From the sequence record ON528746: DNA of 64,000 nucleotides. One strand, given 5' to 3'. The stretch comes from Shigella phage ESh36. Made by a program: the position numbers and the translations under genes. A model generated the notes under the pieces. It worked only from the letters and a program-made list of their open reading frames with translations. It searched no databases and was not told the origin of the DNA. Positions 46,769 through 56,417 of this stretch are shown here, one piece after another; position 1 is the first letter of the stretch; each line of letters starts with the position of its first letter.

Positions 46769-48582
46769 TGGTGTTTAACCCTACGCATGATTTCTTTATT
46801 TTTTCCAAGATTAAATCCGCGTTCGTTCGGATTTCCCAAATAACCACAAGTTCTTCTTATTGTGTTCATCTTTTTAGGATCAGTTTCTCCACAAATAGAA
46901 CAAACAAATCCGTTTTCAGTAGGAGTCATTTCATGAGTACTTCCACACGTAAAACATTTATCTACTGGCATATTAACACCAAAATAATCTAAATGTTGTG
47001 CAGCATAATCCCATACAGCCTCAAGACCTTTTAGGTTATTTTTCATATCAGGAAGTTCAACATAAGAAATGTGACCACCTGTCGCAATGAAATGATATGG
47101 TGCTTCGCGAGAAATCTTTTCAAACGGAGTGATATTTTCTTCTACTGAAACATGGAAACTGTTAGTGTACCATCCTTTATCAGTAACATCTTTTACACTT
47201 CCATATTTTTCAGTATCAAGTTTACAGAAGCGATAACAAAGGTTTTCAGCAGGTGTAGAATACAAACTAAAAGCAAAACCGGTTCTTTCAGTCCACTGCT
47301 TAAGACGAGCATTCATTTTAGTTAAAATTTCCTGTCCAATATCACGACCGACAAGAATATTCAATTCGTGAATACCAATGTATCCCAAAGACACTGAACT
47401 TCTACCGTTTTTAAATAACTCAATTATGTCGTCATCAGGTTTAAGACGAACCCCGAATGCACCTTCTTGGTAAAGAATAGGAGCAACAGTCGCTTTAACT
47501 CCTTTTAAGGAACTAATTCTACACATCAAAGCTTCAAAGCATAAATCCATTCGCTCATTGAACAATTCGGCAAATTTTTGTTCATTGAACTGTGTTCCAA
47601 TATAAGAATCTAACGCAATGCGAGGAAGATTCAGTGTTACAACACCAAGATTATTACGTCCATCAAGAATTTCATTACCAGTCGAATCTTTCCATACGCT
47701 TAAGAAACTACGGCAACCCATTGGAGAAACAGGAATAGATGAACCAGTGATAGCTTTATTGTTCTTAGCTGAAATAATATCAGGATACATTCTTTTGCTT
47801 GCACACTCTAGAGCAAGCTGCTTAATATCATAGTTCGGATCATCTTTATAAAGATTAACACCTTCTTCAACGAACATAACAAGCTTAGGGAAAATAGGAG
47901 TTATCCCATCGCGACCAAGACCTTTAATACGATTTTTCAGAATTGCTTTCTGAATCATTCGTTCAGTCCAGTCAGTTCCCGTACCAAATGTAATTGTTAC
48001 AAAAGGCGTTTGTCCGTTTGAACTAAAAAGAGTATTTACTTCATATTCATAAGCTTGGAATGCATCGTATACGTCTTTTTCTGTTTTAGATTGAGCATAA
48101 TTCAACGCATCAGCGATTTGCCATTTTTCTGCGTCCTCAATATGTTTTGCGTAGGTACGTTTAACATAAGGAGAAAGTACTTTATCTACATTCGCAAAGG
48201 TCGTTCCGCCATATTGATGGGAAGCAACCTGTGCAGTAATTTGTGCCATAATTGCAGTAGCAACGCCAATTGATTTAGGAGTTTCAATCTGTGCATTACC
48301 GAGCTTAAATCCGTTCTCAAGCATTCCTTTTAAATCTACTAAACAGCAATTAGTAAATGGAAGAGCAGGGGAATAATCAATATCATGGAAATGAATAATT
48401 CCGCTTTCATGCGCTTTCATAATAAAAGACGGGACCATATTTTTGGCAATGTGTTTAGACACAATACCAGCCATAAGGTCCCGTTGAGTTGGAAAAACAC
48501 GAGAATCTTTATTAGCATTCTCGTTTAAAAGGTCTTTATTAGTTTTATGAATCAATCCTTCAATTTCTTTTTCAATTGTCAT
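46765..48582 (-). CDS. nrdD: anaerobic ribonucleotide reductase NrdD (uninterrupted)
   Basis: 605-aa continuous ORF with C-terminal glycyl-radical region RRTCGY and Zn-ribbon CxxC pairs. Confidence 0.85.
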   Translation of the reverse strand: MTIEKEIEGLIHKTNKDLLNENANKDSRVFPTQRDLMAGIVSKHIAKNMVPSFIMKAHESGIIHFHDIDYSPALPFTNCCLVDLKGMLENGFKLGNAQIETPKSIGVATAIMAQITAQVASHQYGGTTFANVDKVLSPYVKRTYAKHIEDAEKWQIADALNYAQSKTEKDVYDAFQAYEYEVNTLFSSNGQTPFVTITFGTGTDWTERMIQKAILKNRIKGLGRDGITPIFPKLVMFVEEGVNLYKDDPNYDIKQLALECASKRMYPDIISAKNNKAITGSSIPVSPMGCRSFLSVWKDSTGNEILDGRNNLGVVTLNLPRIALDSYIGTQFNEQKFAELFNERMDLCFEALMCRISSLKGVKATVAPILYQEGAFGVRLKPDDDIIELFKNGRSSVSLGYIGIHELNILVGRDIGQEILTKMNARLKQWTERTGFAFSLYSTPAENLCYRFCKLDTEKYGSVKDVTDKGWYTNSFHVSVEENITPFEKISREAPYHFIATGGHISYVELPDMKNNLKGLEAVWDYAAQHLDYFGVNMPVDKCFTCGSTHEMTPTENGFVCSICGETDPKKMNTIRRTCGYLGNPNERGFNLGKNKEIMRRVKHQ

Positions 48583-49052
48583 TTTAAACTCTTTCTAAGC
48601 TGCTTCTTAAATGAAGCTATTAATTGTGTTTTAGTGTCAGATTCATTATATTCAAATCCTCTTTGAAGCATCTCAGCCATCATTTCCTCTTTTCCTAAAC
48701 GAGAAAATTCCTTTGATTTATCTCCAACGAAGTTAGGGTGAATATTATTTTGGGTGTAATCGGATTTTAAATAAGTAAGTAAATTTTCTAACCATTCAAG
48801 ATAATCAACACCTTGTCCCTTTAAGCCAGAACGATTAAATTTGTGTTTCATTTGACCTTCTGCAGCATTGCAGAGATTACAGAGCAATCCACGTACCTTT
48901 CCAGCTTTCGGTCCATTTAATTCATGGTCATGGTCAAGATGATTAGCTTGAACATCAGGATTTAATTCTCGTTGGCAAATTAAGCATTTACCGTTTTGTG
49001 CATTATAAAATTTCTGTTTTTCTTCTTTATATAATTTGCCAGTCAATAACAT
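48579..49052 (-). CDS. 49: endonuclease VII (Holliday junction resolvase) gp49
   Basis: 157-aa ORF with zinc-binding CLICQ...CNLCN. Confidence 0.8.
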   Translation of the reverse strand: MLLTGKLYKEEKQKFYNAQNGKCLICQRELNPDVQANHLDHDHELNGPKAGKVRGLLCNLCNAAEGQMKHKFNRSGLKGQGVDYLEWLENLLTYLKSDYTQNNIHPNFVGDKSKEFSRLGKEEMMAEMLQRGFEYNESDTKTQLIASFKKQLRKSLK

Positions 49053-49100
49053 AATAAACCCTTACCTTAAATAGATAAGGGTATTTATTATTTTCAAGTA

Positions 49101-49547
49101 TTAAAACGCTCGGTCAGAAAAAGAAATTTGAGTTTCAAGCCATTCAATATATTCTGCCGCAGCTTGCATTAAATTTCCTTCATAGCCATCGTTGTTTTCT
49201 TGTGCAGCTAATTTAGCTAATGCATATGAAATGCGTTCACCTTGAAAAGCGGCTTTAGGTTTATGAATAGCTTGATCAACTCGTTCTACAACTTCTTCAA
49301 TTTCGCCATTTTCTACTGATTCAGTGTTCCACAAGCACCAATACGTAATTGGCTTATCGTAAATGTTAATAACCTTTCCGCCAGAAAGTTCAATTTCAAT
49401 AATTCCAGTATCAGGTTCTATATCATCTTCGCATTCTTTTGCAAGTTCACGAACTTTAAAGACAGTACCTGCACTAAGTTCCGGCCAGTAATTACATAGC
49501 CCTTTATCAGCACGATTAATTCTAAACCACTTATCTACTGCAATCAT
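49101..49547 (-). CDS. hypothetical protein (position of T4 pin)
   Basis: ATG with GGAG SD inside track ORF 49101..49565; positional assignment only. Confidence 0.35.
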   Translation of the reverse strand: MIAVDKWFRINRADKGLCNYWPELSAGTVFKVRELAKECEDDIEPDTGIIEIELSGGKVINIYDKPITYWCLWNTESVENGEIEEVVERVDQAIHKPKAAFQGERISYALAKLAAQENNDGYEGNLMQAAAEYIEWLETQISFSDRAF

Positions 49548-49587
49548 ATCCCATCTCCATATCAATTAAGTCATTTATCGTTGGTTC

Positions 49588-49617
49588 ATTATATACTGTT
49601 TCTTCATCAGTGTAAAC
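49588..49617 (-). promoter_or_regulatory. T4-type early promoter
   Basis: GTTTAC, 18 bp, TATAAT. Confidence 0.55.
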
Positions 49618-49670
49618 CGGTTCTTCCGGCTCTGGCTCTACAGTTTCCCATCTAGCCGCCCACCAAGGTT

Positions 49671-50018
49671 TTATAGCGTAATCCATTCTCGTATTGTCTG
49701 AGTTACTACACGTTCACGAGGTTCGACTAATTCAACAGTCGGAACTGCATAATACCAATCAGAATGGTAAGAACCTGAGCGAGATTCATTTACGGAAACA
49801 TGCACATTATGTTTTGGACTAAAATAAACACACTGACGATATTGGCATTTGCCGTCTTGCACCCAGTCTTCTATTTCGACAGGTTTAAGATAATCCGAAA
49901 AATCGAAATCATAGTTTTCTGAAAATGCATCATGGTCTTCGATGATTTCACTCAGAACTGCATCAACATCGTAAATCATATTTACCCCAATTTGACCATA
50001 CAATCGCCGTATTTCCAT
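49671..50018 (-). CDS. hypothetical protein
   Basis: 115-aa ORF. Confidence 0.45.
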   Translation of the reverse strand: MEIRRLYGQIGVNMIYDVDAVLSEIIEDHDAFSENYDFDFSDYLKPVEIEDWVQDGKCQYRQCVYFSPKHNVHVSVNESRSGSYHSDWYYAVPTVELVEPRERVVTQTIREWITL

Positions 50019-50197
50019 TTAGAAATAGACTTTTCACCATTAGAATAATAAACTTCGAGTTTAGCGCGGCCATTTTTAATTTGAATAACCTTTGCTGTCA
50101 TCAAAGTTCCATACCCATAATAAACTGCAACCTCATCACCCACATATACCGCGCTTCCGCGGTAGTCATGGATATAATCAGTTCCTTCGAGCATCAT
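49982..50197 (-). CDS. hypothetical protein
   Basis: 71-aa ORF. Confidence 0.4.
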   Translation of the reverse strand: MMLEGTDYIHDYRGSAVYVGDEVAVYYGYGTLMTAKVIQIKNGRAKLEVYYSNGEKSISKWKYGDCMVKLG

Positions 50198-50457
50198 TTA
50201 AAGTATTCCCGCAATTGGTCAAATCCACCAATATGACTTCCATCAGGAGCAAATACCTGAGGCATCGTCAATCCAATTTGAGTATCACGACCCAGTTTCG
50301 TCAGAAGCTCAGCGATTTTCTCATCATCAAAAACACCTTTTTCCGGCATAATGTTGATAAATTCAAACGGCTGTTTCTTCACAGTCAAAAGACGTTTTGC
50401 ATTATCGCAATACACACATTTGTGGATGTTGCTATCATAACCATATACTTTAAACAT
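50194..50457 (-). CDS. nrdC: thioredoxin/glutaredoxin NrdC
   Basis: 87-aa ORF with CVYC active site. Confidence 0.8.
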   Translation of the reverse strand: MFKVYGYDSNIHKCVYCDNAKRLLTVKKQPFEFINIMPEKGVFDDEKIAELLTKLGRDTQIGLTMPQVFAPDGSHIGGFDQLREYFK

Positions 50458-50458
50458 A

Positions 50459-50716
50459 TTATTCCTTAATTCCTAGTACTTGTTTAAAAGTCTCGTCGTA
50501 ATCAAGACTTTGGCCCGTTTGTTCTTTATGTTTGTATATAATATCACTTACTTCTGATAGCATATTTTTATATGAACGAGTTAAAGCAGATTTAAGCACG
50601 CTGTATCTATCAGGAAATTTACCATGTTCATTATAATAAGCTATTGCTAATTCACGGACTGCTTTTTCAGCAATCTCCATATATTCTTTACGCTTTTTCA
50701 TTTTCTTCTCGGTCAA
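50459..50716 (-). CDS. hypothetical protein
   Basis: 85-aa ORF. Confidence 0.45.
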   Translation of the reverse strand: MTEKKMKKRKEYMEIAEKAVRELAIAYYNEHGKFPDRYSVLKSALTRSYKNMLSEVSDIIYKHKEQTGQSLDYDETFKQVLGIKE

Positions 50717-51002
50717 ATCGGTGTTTACAATGACGACATTTATAACGAAGATTACTAGTCTGCCAATGAACTAATTGAACCTGTTCAGTTCCACATTCAG
50801 GGCAATTAGGAACGTTTTTAGAAGCCCTTTCGCGACGTTCAACCATGACCATTACAGAATCCCAATTAATAGGGCTGCTATAATCATCACAACCGTGAAT
50901 CTTTCCACGCATTTCCAGATCGTCTTCTTCACCAGCCATAATAATTTTAATTAGACTAGAATTACTTGAAGCTGCAATGTCTTCTAATAGACGCTTTTTC
51001 AT
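50688..51002 (-). CDS. zinc-finger small protein
   Basis: 104-aa ORF with CPEC...CRHC. Confidence 0.45.
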   Translation of the reverse strand: MKKRLLEDIAASSNSSLIKIIMAGEEDDLEMRGKIHGCDDYSSPINWDSVMVMVERRERASKNVPNCPECGTEQVQLVHWQTSNLRYKCRHCKHRFDREENEKA

Positions 51003-51925
51003 TTCAATACCTCAATAGCATTGCGTAAACCATTTGCTTTGGCGGTTAAAGCCTTAAGAACTTTAGTATGCTCTTCAATTTGTTTTTCAACTTCAATCAA
51101 ACGAGCATTGAGATATTCGCGTTCTTCTTTCATAGTATCATTTCCATGATTGGATTTTGGTGTAGGTTTAAATTCACTAGGGTCCTTTAATTTAATAACA
51201 AATTTAGTTTCAAACAGTGAAAGACCATAATTCGTATTATCATCAAAGGATTTGACTACATCCATATCAGATAATAACACGCGCAAATTATAAGCCAAAG
51301 AACTAATAGTTTCATTGTGTTTATTAGCTTCGCGTGGTTTCATATACGGAAGATTTTTATATATTTCATGCGGAGCACAAACAATAATTGACAATTCAAA
51401 TTGCCCATTCTGGGACGATGGAGTGAATTTAGCCGTAACCCAGTCTTTTACATTCACATTAATAGTACGGTTATCACCATGACAAAACAGTCTACGAGAA
51501 TGCTTAAAAAGCATATTCACGTTATTATTGAATTCGTGTGAAAATTCACTAGCAAATTTTTCTTTACTATCTTTAGAAAACCATTCTTCTAAATAAGTTC
51601 TTTTCACGTCGTTAATAATATTAAATGTAACAACACTAGCATTTGATACATTAGTCTCAATGTAGCTTGGATACATAAATTTTTTAACATTATTAACAGC
51701 TATCACAGAAGATAGTAATCGGGAACGTTTGAACCACTCGAGCAAAGAACCAAGAGAATGTGAATACGCATTTTGTGTATCTTTACAAATATGGTTTTCC
51801 CATCCAATATAGTCTAAAAAATCACGAAGAATATTATTGATTACTGCTCTGTGTCCGATCTGATAATTACGGTGTTTAGTAATAAGACTGTCAAAATAAT
51901 CAATATAATGTTTACGAGTTTTCAT
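50999..51925 (-). CDS. coiled-coil protein, tandem paralog 1 of 4
   Basis: 308-aa ORF; RSRLLS and LFKHSRRLFCHGDNRTI motifs plus C-terminal coiled coil. Confidence 0.5.
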   Translation of the reverse strand: MKTRKHYIDYFDSLITKHRNYQIGHRAVINNILRDFLDYIGWENHICKDTQNAYSHSLGSLLEWFKRSRLLSSVIAVNNVKKFMYPSYIETNVSNASVVTFNIINDVKRTYLEEWFSKDSKEKFASEFSHEFNNNVNMLFKHSRRLFCHGDNRTINVNVKDWVTAKFTPSSQNGQFELSIIVCAPHEIYKNLPYMKPREANKHNETISSLAYNLRVLLSDMDVVKSFDDNTNYGLSLFETKFVIKLKDPSEFKPTPKSNHGNDTMKEEREYLNARLIEVEKQIEEHTKVLKALTAKANGLRNAIEVLK

Positions 51926-51977
51926 GTTCTTCTCACTTGGTTAATGATTTATACTCCGAGCCATCCTTGGCTTTAAA

Positions 51978-52979
51978 TTACTTAATTAACTGTAAAGCTT
52001 GTTCCAAACGATCAAGGCGATTAACAGATTCTTCCCAAATCCTTTTAGCACTTTCATATTCTTTTTCTGCTTTATTTTTAATTTCTAAAGCTTCTTTATA
52101 AGCTTTTTCTAGTGCAATAACTTCTGGACGAATTTCTATTGGCTCAGGAGAATCATCGAGCCAATCCATCAATTCTTCAAGTGTGGTTTCTTCTTTAGGA
52201 GCATTCACAATTTCTTCACATTTCTTCTGATGAATTTCTTTATCTGTTAGTGAATAAGTACATTTCACTTCACGAAGACTAACTACAATTTTATATCCTT
52301 CCCAACCGCATATATTCTTAAAAGGATATGTATGAATATTTTCTACTGTTTCCATACAAAGTAGTGCAGTCTCTAATTGACGAGTTATATCGCTAGCAAT
52401 TGAGAAAAATTTATTGATGTTCTTTTGATTAGCTTCTGGTGTAAAAAATTCATAATTCACAAAAATAGCTGCTTTATTTTTATCAAGTTCATATTCTTTT
52501 ATGATAATCATATCAGAAGCCCAAGGATGAATTTGACGATAATCGCCATAACATAATTTAGAAGCTGATTTTAGAATCTGTCCTTTGAAAAGTCTGAAAT
52601 TACTGATCCAACGACGAGTAAAAATATTCTCAGGGTCTTCTTTATTATTAAGATGATATGAATTAACATCACCGAACCAATTATATCCTACTACATCTTT
52701 AGTTCGTTTAATTTCTTTCCCAAATTTACCAAGAATATCTTGGTTAACTAAATATGAAAGAAGACGAGACCCTTTAAAGGTTTCCTTAATATCATCTTTA
52801 TATTCGCGACTAGAAATTTTATGAACTTCATGAATAAATTTGCTGGAAGAAACAATACTTGCATCAGTATTATTGAGCCATTGATTGATAATGGAAATAA
52901 CGCTATTCTGACTAGACACAGGTTTAACTTTATCATCAATAACGCTATTGAATGATTTGATATATTCGTTACGAGTCAT
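51978..52979 (-). CDS. coiled-coil protein, tandem paralog 2 of 4
   Basis: Start at MTRNEYIK with early promoter upstream; GSRLLS and FRLFKGQIL...CYGDYRQI motifs. Confidence 0.5.
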   Translation of the reverse strand: MTRNEYIKSFNSVIDDKVKPVSSQNSVISIINQWLNNTDASIVSSSKFIHEVHKISSREYKDDIKETFKGSRLLSYLVNQDILGKFGKEIKRTKDVVGYNWFGDVNSYHLNNKEDPENIFTRRWISNFRLFKGQILKSASKLCYGDYRQIHPWASDMIIIKEYELDKNKAAIFVNYEFFTPEANQKNINKFFSIASDITRQLETALLCMETVENIHTYPFKNICGWEGYKIVVSLREVKCTYSLTDKEIHQKKCEEIVNAPKEETTLEELMDWLDDSPEPIEIRPEVIALEKAYKEALEIKNKAEKEYESAKRIWEESVNRLDRLEQALQLIK

Positions 52980-53007
52980 ATTAATCTCCTCAGTAGAAAG
53001 TAAGAAC

Positions 53008-53037
53008 ATTATACCACATCCTTGTGGCAAAGTAAAC
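53008..53037 (-). promoter_or_regulatory. T4-type early promoter
   Basis: GTTTAC, 18 bp, TATAAT; -35 overlaps upstream stop codon. Confidence 0.6.
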
Positions 53038-54059
53038 TAGTTTAGTGCATTTAGTGCATTGTTCAGTTTAGAACGTTGCTTTGTCAGATTTTGAACCCTT
53101 GACTGAGCTTGTTCTAACACCTTTTCAGTTTCTAGCACTTCATTGGTCGCTTTAACGAGTTCATCATCTACTGCCTTAAGAGACTTCTCAATCGCGTCAG
53201 CGTGCCATTTTTCTACAGGTTTAAAATTTGAATTTTCAGTAGGAAGAAAACTCACTTTATTAAGTTTACATGCATCTATATTGCTTGAGCTATACATCCA
53301 AAATTTAGGATCGTTTGATGAGTAATTGGATAAATTTAAGATATCTTGCACTTCCTGCTTTTTCTCTTGCGGGACTTCGTCCTTTCTCAAAAAATCGTAT
53401 TTAAATGAAACGAACATATCAAGTTCATATGTTGTTGTGTCTAATTTAAATCGTTCGAAATGCTGTGAAATCTTAGACTGAACAGTGGCAACAACATCCA
53501 TATACTTAAATGCTTCTGTCAACTGCGATTTAAGGCATTCGCAAATTGAAAGAGAATTTTTTGTATTAGGTTTAAAGCTAATTCGCGCAGTTCTGTTATT
53601 TTCTTTTAATGGTCTTACTTCCATCTGAAGAGTATAACCATCAAATTTCAGGTTCTTTAAGTTAATGTCAGAACCTTTTAATCGACTAGCAGTCGACAAA
53701 ATTTGCTTTAATTGTCTACGGAACAGAGCAATAAATCTCCATTCAATACGATAATGATTTGGATTGAAAAATCCAGATGATAAATCGACCTTACTTTGAC
53801 CAACACCTTGAACAAATAGAGGATTTTTATAATCAATAGTTTTACAGAAATCGGTGAGCTGTTCACGAGCAGTCATTTGAGTAATATACCCAGCTTCATT
53901 AAAATTACGCACCCATTCACTGCTGTTCAGATGTTTAAAGGCGTGAATGGAACAATTAACTTTATCAGGGTCTAAATTATTTTCACACAAAAATGTCATA
54001 ACATTACGAGTATCGCTGGCAGTACGAACCATATCTTCAATTTGAGAACGAGTTTTCAT
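53037..54059 (-). CDS. coiled-coil protein, tandem paralog 3 of 4
   Basis: 340-aa ORF; FIALFRRQLKQIL motif and C-terminal coiled coil. Confidence 0.5.
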   Translation of the reverse strand: MKTRSQIEDMVRTASDTRNVMTFLCENNLDPDKVNCSIHAFKHLNSSEWVRNFNEAGYITQMTAREQLTDFCKTIDYKNPLFVQGVGQSKVDLSSGFFNPNHYRIEWRFIALFRRQLKQILSTASRLKGSDINLKNLKFDGYTLQMEVRPLKENNRTARISFKPNTKNSLSICECLKSQLTEAFKYMDVVATVQSKISQHFERFKLDTTTYELDMFVSFKYDFLRKDEVPQEKKQEVQDILNLSNYSSNDPKFWMYSSSNIDACKLNKVSFLPTENSNFKPVEKWHADAIEKSLKAVDDELVKATNEVLETEKVLEQAQSRVQNLTKQRSKLNNALNALN

Positions 54060-54067
54060 GGTATTCC

Positions 54068-54976
54068 TTAAGATTTAAGTAAATCGACAATTTTAATTAA
54101 CTTTTCACGCTCAGATTTAGCTTTACTACTCAGTCCAGATAGTCTGAAAATTTCATCATCATATTGTTGAATAGAAATATTCAGCTCTTCAATTTGCTTA
54201 TTAAAATAATCAATTTGTTCAGAATGTTTTTCGTTACTACGAACTGGTGCAGGTTTTGTAGGCAATTTAGTTGAACTGGATTCATCCGGGCGATAAATTA
54301 AAATACAACTTGAACCAATCGGACATTTAGCACCAGACACATATTCTAATGTTCCGGCTTCTTTTAAAACTTCAAAAGCTAAACAGAGATGATGCCCCAT
54401 ATTGACATAATCTGTAGAGTGAGCTCTGATGTAATAATCATCTCCGCGAATACTAAATTTAAAGCATTTAAGGTCTTCTGTATTATTGGTCTTAAAAATC
54501 ATTTGTTTATCTAGACCTTTAGCTAATCGAGCGCCCAATGCTAATAATCGTCGTTGATTTTCCCACAAATCCGCAATCATTTGGTCAAATGATAATTTCG
54601 GCATTAGTCGACCATAAAGGTCATATCCTTTATTATAATTACGAAGGATTTCACTCGCGTTAATACGAGACAACGCTCCAATTTTATTAAGGGCTTTCAT
54701 AATGCGATTAGATAAAAGCATTCCAGACCCGTTTGTTCGTTGTAAATGTTTTTCTAATCCAAATCCAATATCAACTTTAAACTTATCTAAAATTTCAGCA
54801 TGAACATCTCTGTCAATAACATTCAAATCCAAAGTTGGGTTAAATCTATGAAAAAATTTATCTGGCTCTCCACGACGAAGTACAGTCCATTCATTTGATT
54901 TTTTATTAACTAAAGATTTAATTACTGCATTGACATTATTAATTACTACTGACATATTTTCCTCACTCAATTTCAA
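54068..54976 (-). CDS. coiled-coil protein, tandem paralog 4 of 4
   Basis: 302-aa ORF, similar architecture. Confidence 0.45.
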   Translation of the reverse strand: MKLSEENMSVVINNVNAVIKSLVNKKSNEWTVLRRGEPDKFFHRFNPTLDLNVIDRDVHAEILDKFKVDIGFGLEKHLQRTNGSGMLLSNRIMKALNKIGALSRINASEILRNYNKGYDLYGRLMPKLSFDQMIADLWENQRRLLALGARLAKGLDKQMIFKTNNTEDLKCFKFSIRGDDYYIRAHSTDYVNMGHHLCLAFEVLKEAGTLEYVSGAKCPIGSSCILIYRPDESSSTKLPTKPAPVRSNEKHSEQIDYFNKQIEELNISIQQYDDEIFRLSGLSSKAKSEREKLIKIVDLLKS

Positions 54977-55370
54977 TTTTACTAAATATACAGAATAAGA
55001 TGGAACAGACTATATAAGCACCACACACAGATTGAACTAATACCATTCCAAAGAACCAAACAATATTATCAAACAATGTCTGTTTTACGTCGAAAGGACG
55101 TAAACTTACAGTAATATTATCACCTTTTTCTATTGAAGAATACATCTCTGGGGAAATATATTCACTAAATCTATAACCGTCTTTTAGTTCATATACGGCA
55201 ATAAACGATAAACTAGACCCTTTTCCTTGTGTTCCTGTAATGGTATTAACTACAGTAACATCATAATCTTTATAATGCATATAATCATTAATTGCGTAAT
55301 AACCATATGCAACTACTACACATAAACAACATATCAATAAATTCAATCTTTTAATTATCAACCGTTTCAT
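54963..55370 (-). CDS. membrane protein
   Basis: 135-aa ORF with N- and C-terminal TM segments. Confidence 0.45.
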   Translation of the reverse strand: MKRLIIKRLNLLICCLCVVVAYGYYAINDYMHYKDYDVTVVNTITGTQGKGSSLSFIAVYELKDGYRFSEYISPEMYSSIEKGDNITVSLRPFDVKQTLFDNIVWFFGMVLVQSVCGAYIVCSILFCIFSKIEIE

Positions 55371-55399
55371 AATAATCTCAATTAAAAGGGCTTAGAACC

Positions 55400-55423
55400 A
55401 TTATACCATCCTTGGTATAAAGC
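55400..55423 (-). promoter_or_regulatory. candidate middle-type promoter
   Basis: GCTTTA box, 12 bp, TATAAT. Confidence 0.3.
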
Positions 55424-55425
55424 GG

Positions 55426-55953
55426 TTATGCGAGTACCGTCTTTAACCGTTCTTCAAACTTCCGAAGAGTATTTTGGCGTTCAGCTCTTTGCTTTTTGTA
55501 AGTTTCAATACGCTCTGAAATGAGAGTGTATCGTTCATTTACCGATTCTTTCATAAAATCAGGAATTTCACGAGAAGCTTTAATCTCGTCAAATTTATCA
55601 ATAACAGCTTGTTCTTCAGCAATTAAGTTATCATACATTAAAATATCTTTCTTGATGAACTCAATATCTTCTTGAGTTACACGAGATAATTTAGATGCTT
55701 TATCCTTTTTGTACTGTTCGTTAGTATCACGAGACCAGTGTAATGTACGATTTTTATTCGTATTCTTGTAAATTTCTACAATACCAATCTCATCAATAAT
55801 AACGATCCAATTCCAACGGGATTTGTAAATTTGTCCTCCATCAACAGTGATTTCACCTCCGATTGAGATGTCATTAAAGAACTTGCTTTGTGCTTCAGAT
55901 TTAAATTTACCATCGTTGTAATTTACCAAGTTGAAAATATCTTTAGCGTTCAT
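55426..55953 (-). CDS. hypothetical protein
   Basis: 175-aa ORF preceded by early promoter. Confidence 0.5.
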   Translation of the reverse strand: MNAKDIFNLVNYNDGKFKSEAQSKFFNDISIGGEITVDGGQIYKSRWNWIVIIDEIGIVEIYKNTNKNRTLHWSRDTNEQYKKDKASKLSRVTQEDIEFIKKDILMYDNLIAEEQAVIDKFDEIKASREIPDFMKESVNERYTLISERIETYKKQRAERQNTLRKFEERLKTVLA

Positions 55954-55981
55954 TTTCTGTTCCTCCGTAGTTGATAGTTGT

Positions 55982-56011
55982 ATAGTACCACAGAGGAACA
56001 GTCTTGTAAAC
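55982..56011 (-). promoter_or_regulatory. T4-type early promoter
   Basis: GTTTAC, 18 bp, TACTAT; repeated cassette copy. Confidence 0.6.
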
Positions 56012-56013
56012 CA

Positions 56014-56328
56014 CTAAAAGAAACTTCTTTCACAATTTTTTCCACTGAACCAGGCGCTCACTGCTTTCTTAGTCTCAGGAGCAGTGTTATCCATAAACCA
56101 TTCAAAGGCAGCCTTTTTATGATTCTGGAGGGCTTCTCGGGCTTTAATCTGCTCACGGTCTATTAACACTAACATATGAGCCTTTCTTGTCACCATGGGC
56201 TTCTTATGATTTTTTGAATACTCCCAGTCATTTGTCCATCGCATTGTCGTTGCGAACTTAAATACTGCTTCTTTAATTTTAGTTTCGTAAATTTCACGAG
56301 CCTTTGAGTATAACATCATTACCTCCAT
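56014..56328 (-). CDS. hypothetical protein
   Basis: 104-aa ORF. Confidence 0.45.
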   Translation of the reverse strand: MEVMMLYSKAREIYETKIKEAVFKFATTMRWTNDWEYSKNHKKPMVTRKAHMLVLIDREQIKAREALQNHKKAAFEWFMDNTAPETKKAVSAWFSGKNCERSFF

Positions 56329-56417
56329 TCACCAGTTTAATTCTAGTCATCTTTTTAATGGCAATCCATATAATCTATTTCTGAACTGCCTTTTTGTCAT
56401 AGAAGTCCTCTTATGAA

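Noticed and set aside
50092-50469. 125-codon plus-strand ORF
   Set aside because: Antisense to nrdC and its upstream neighbour
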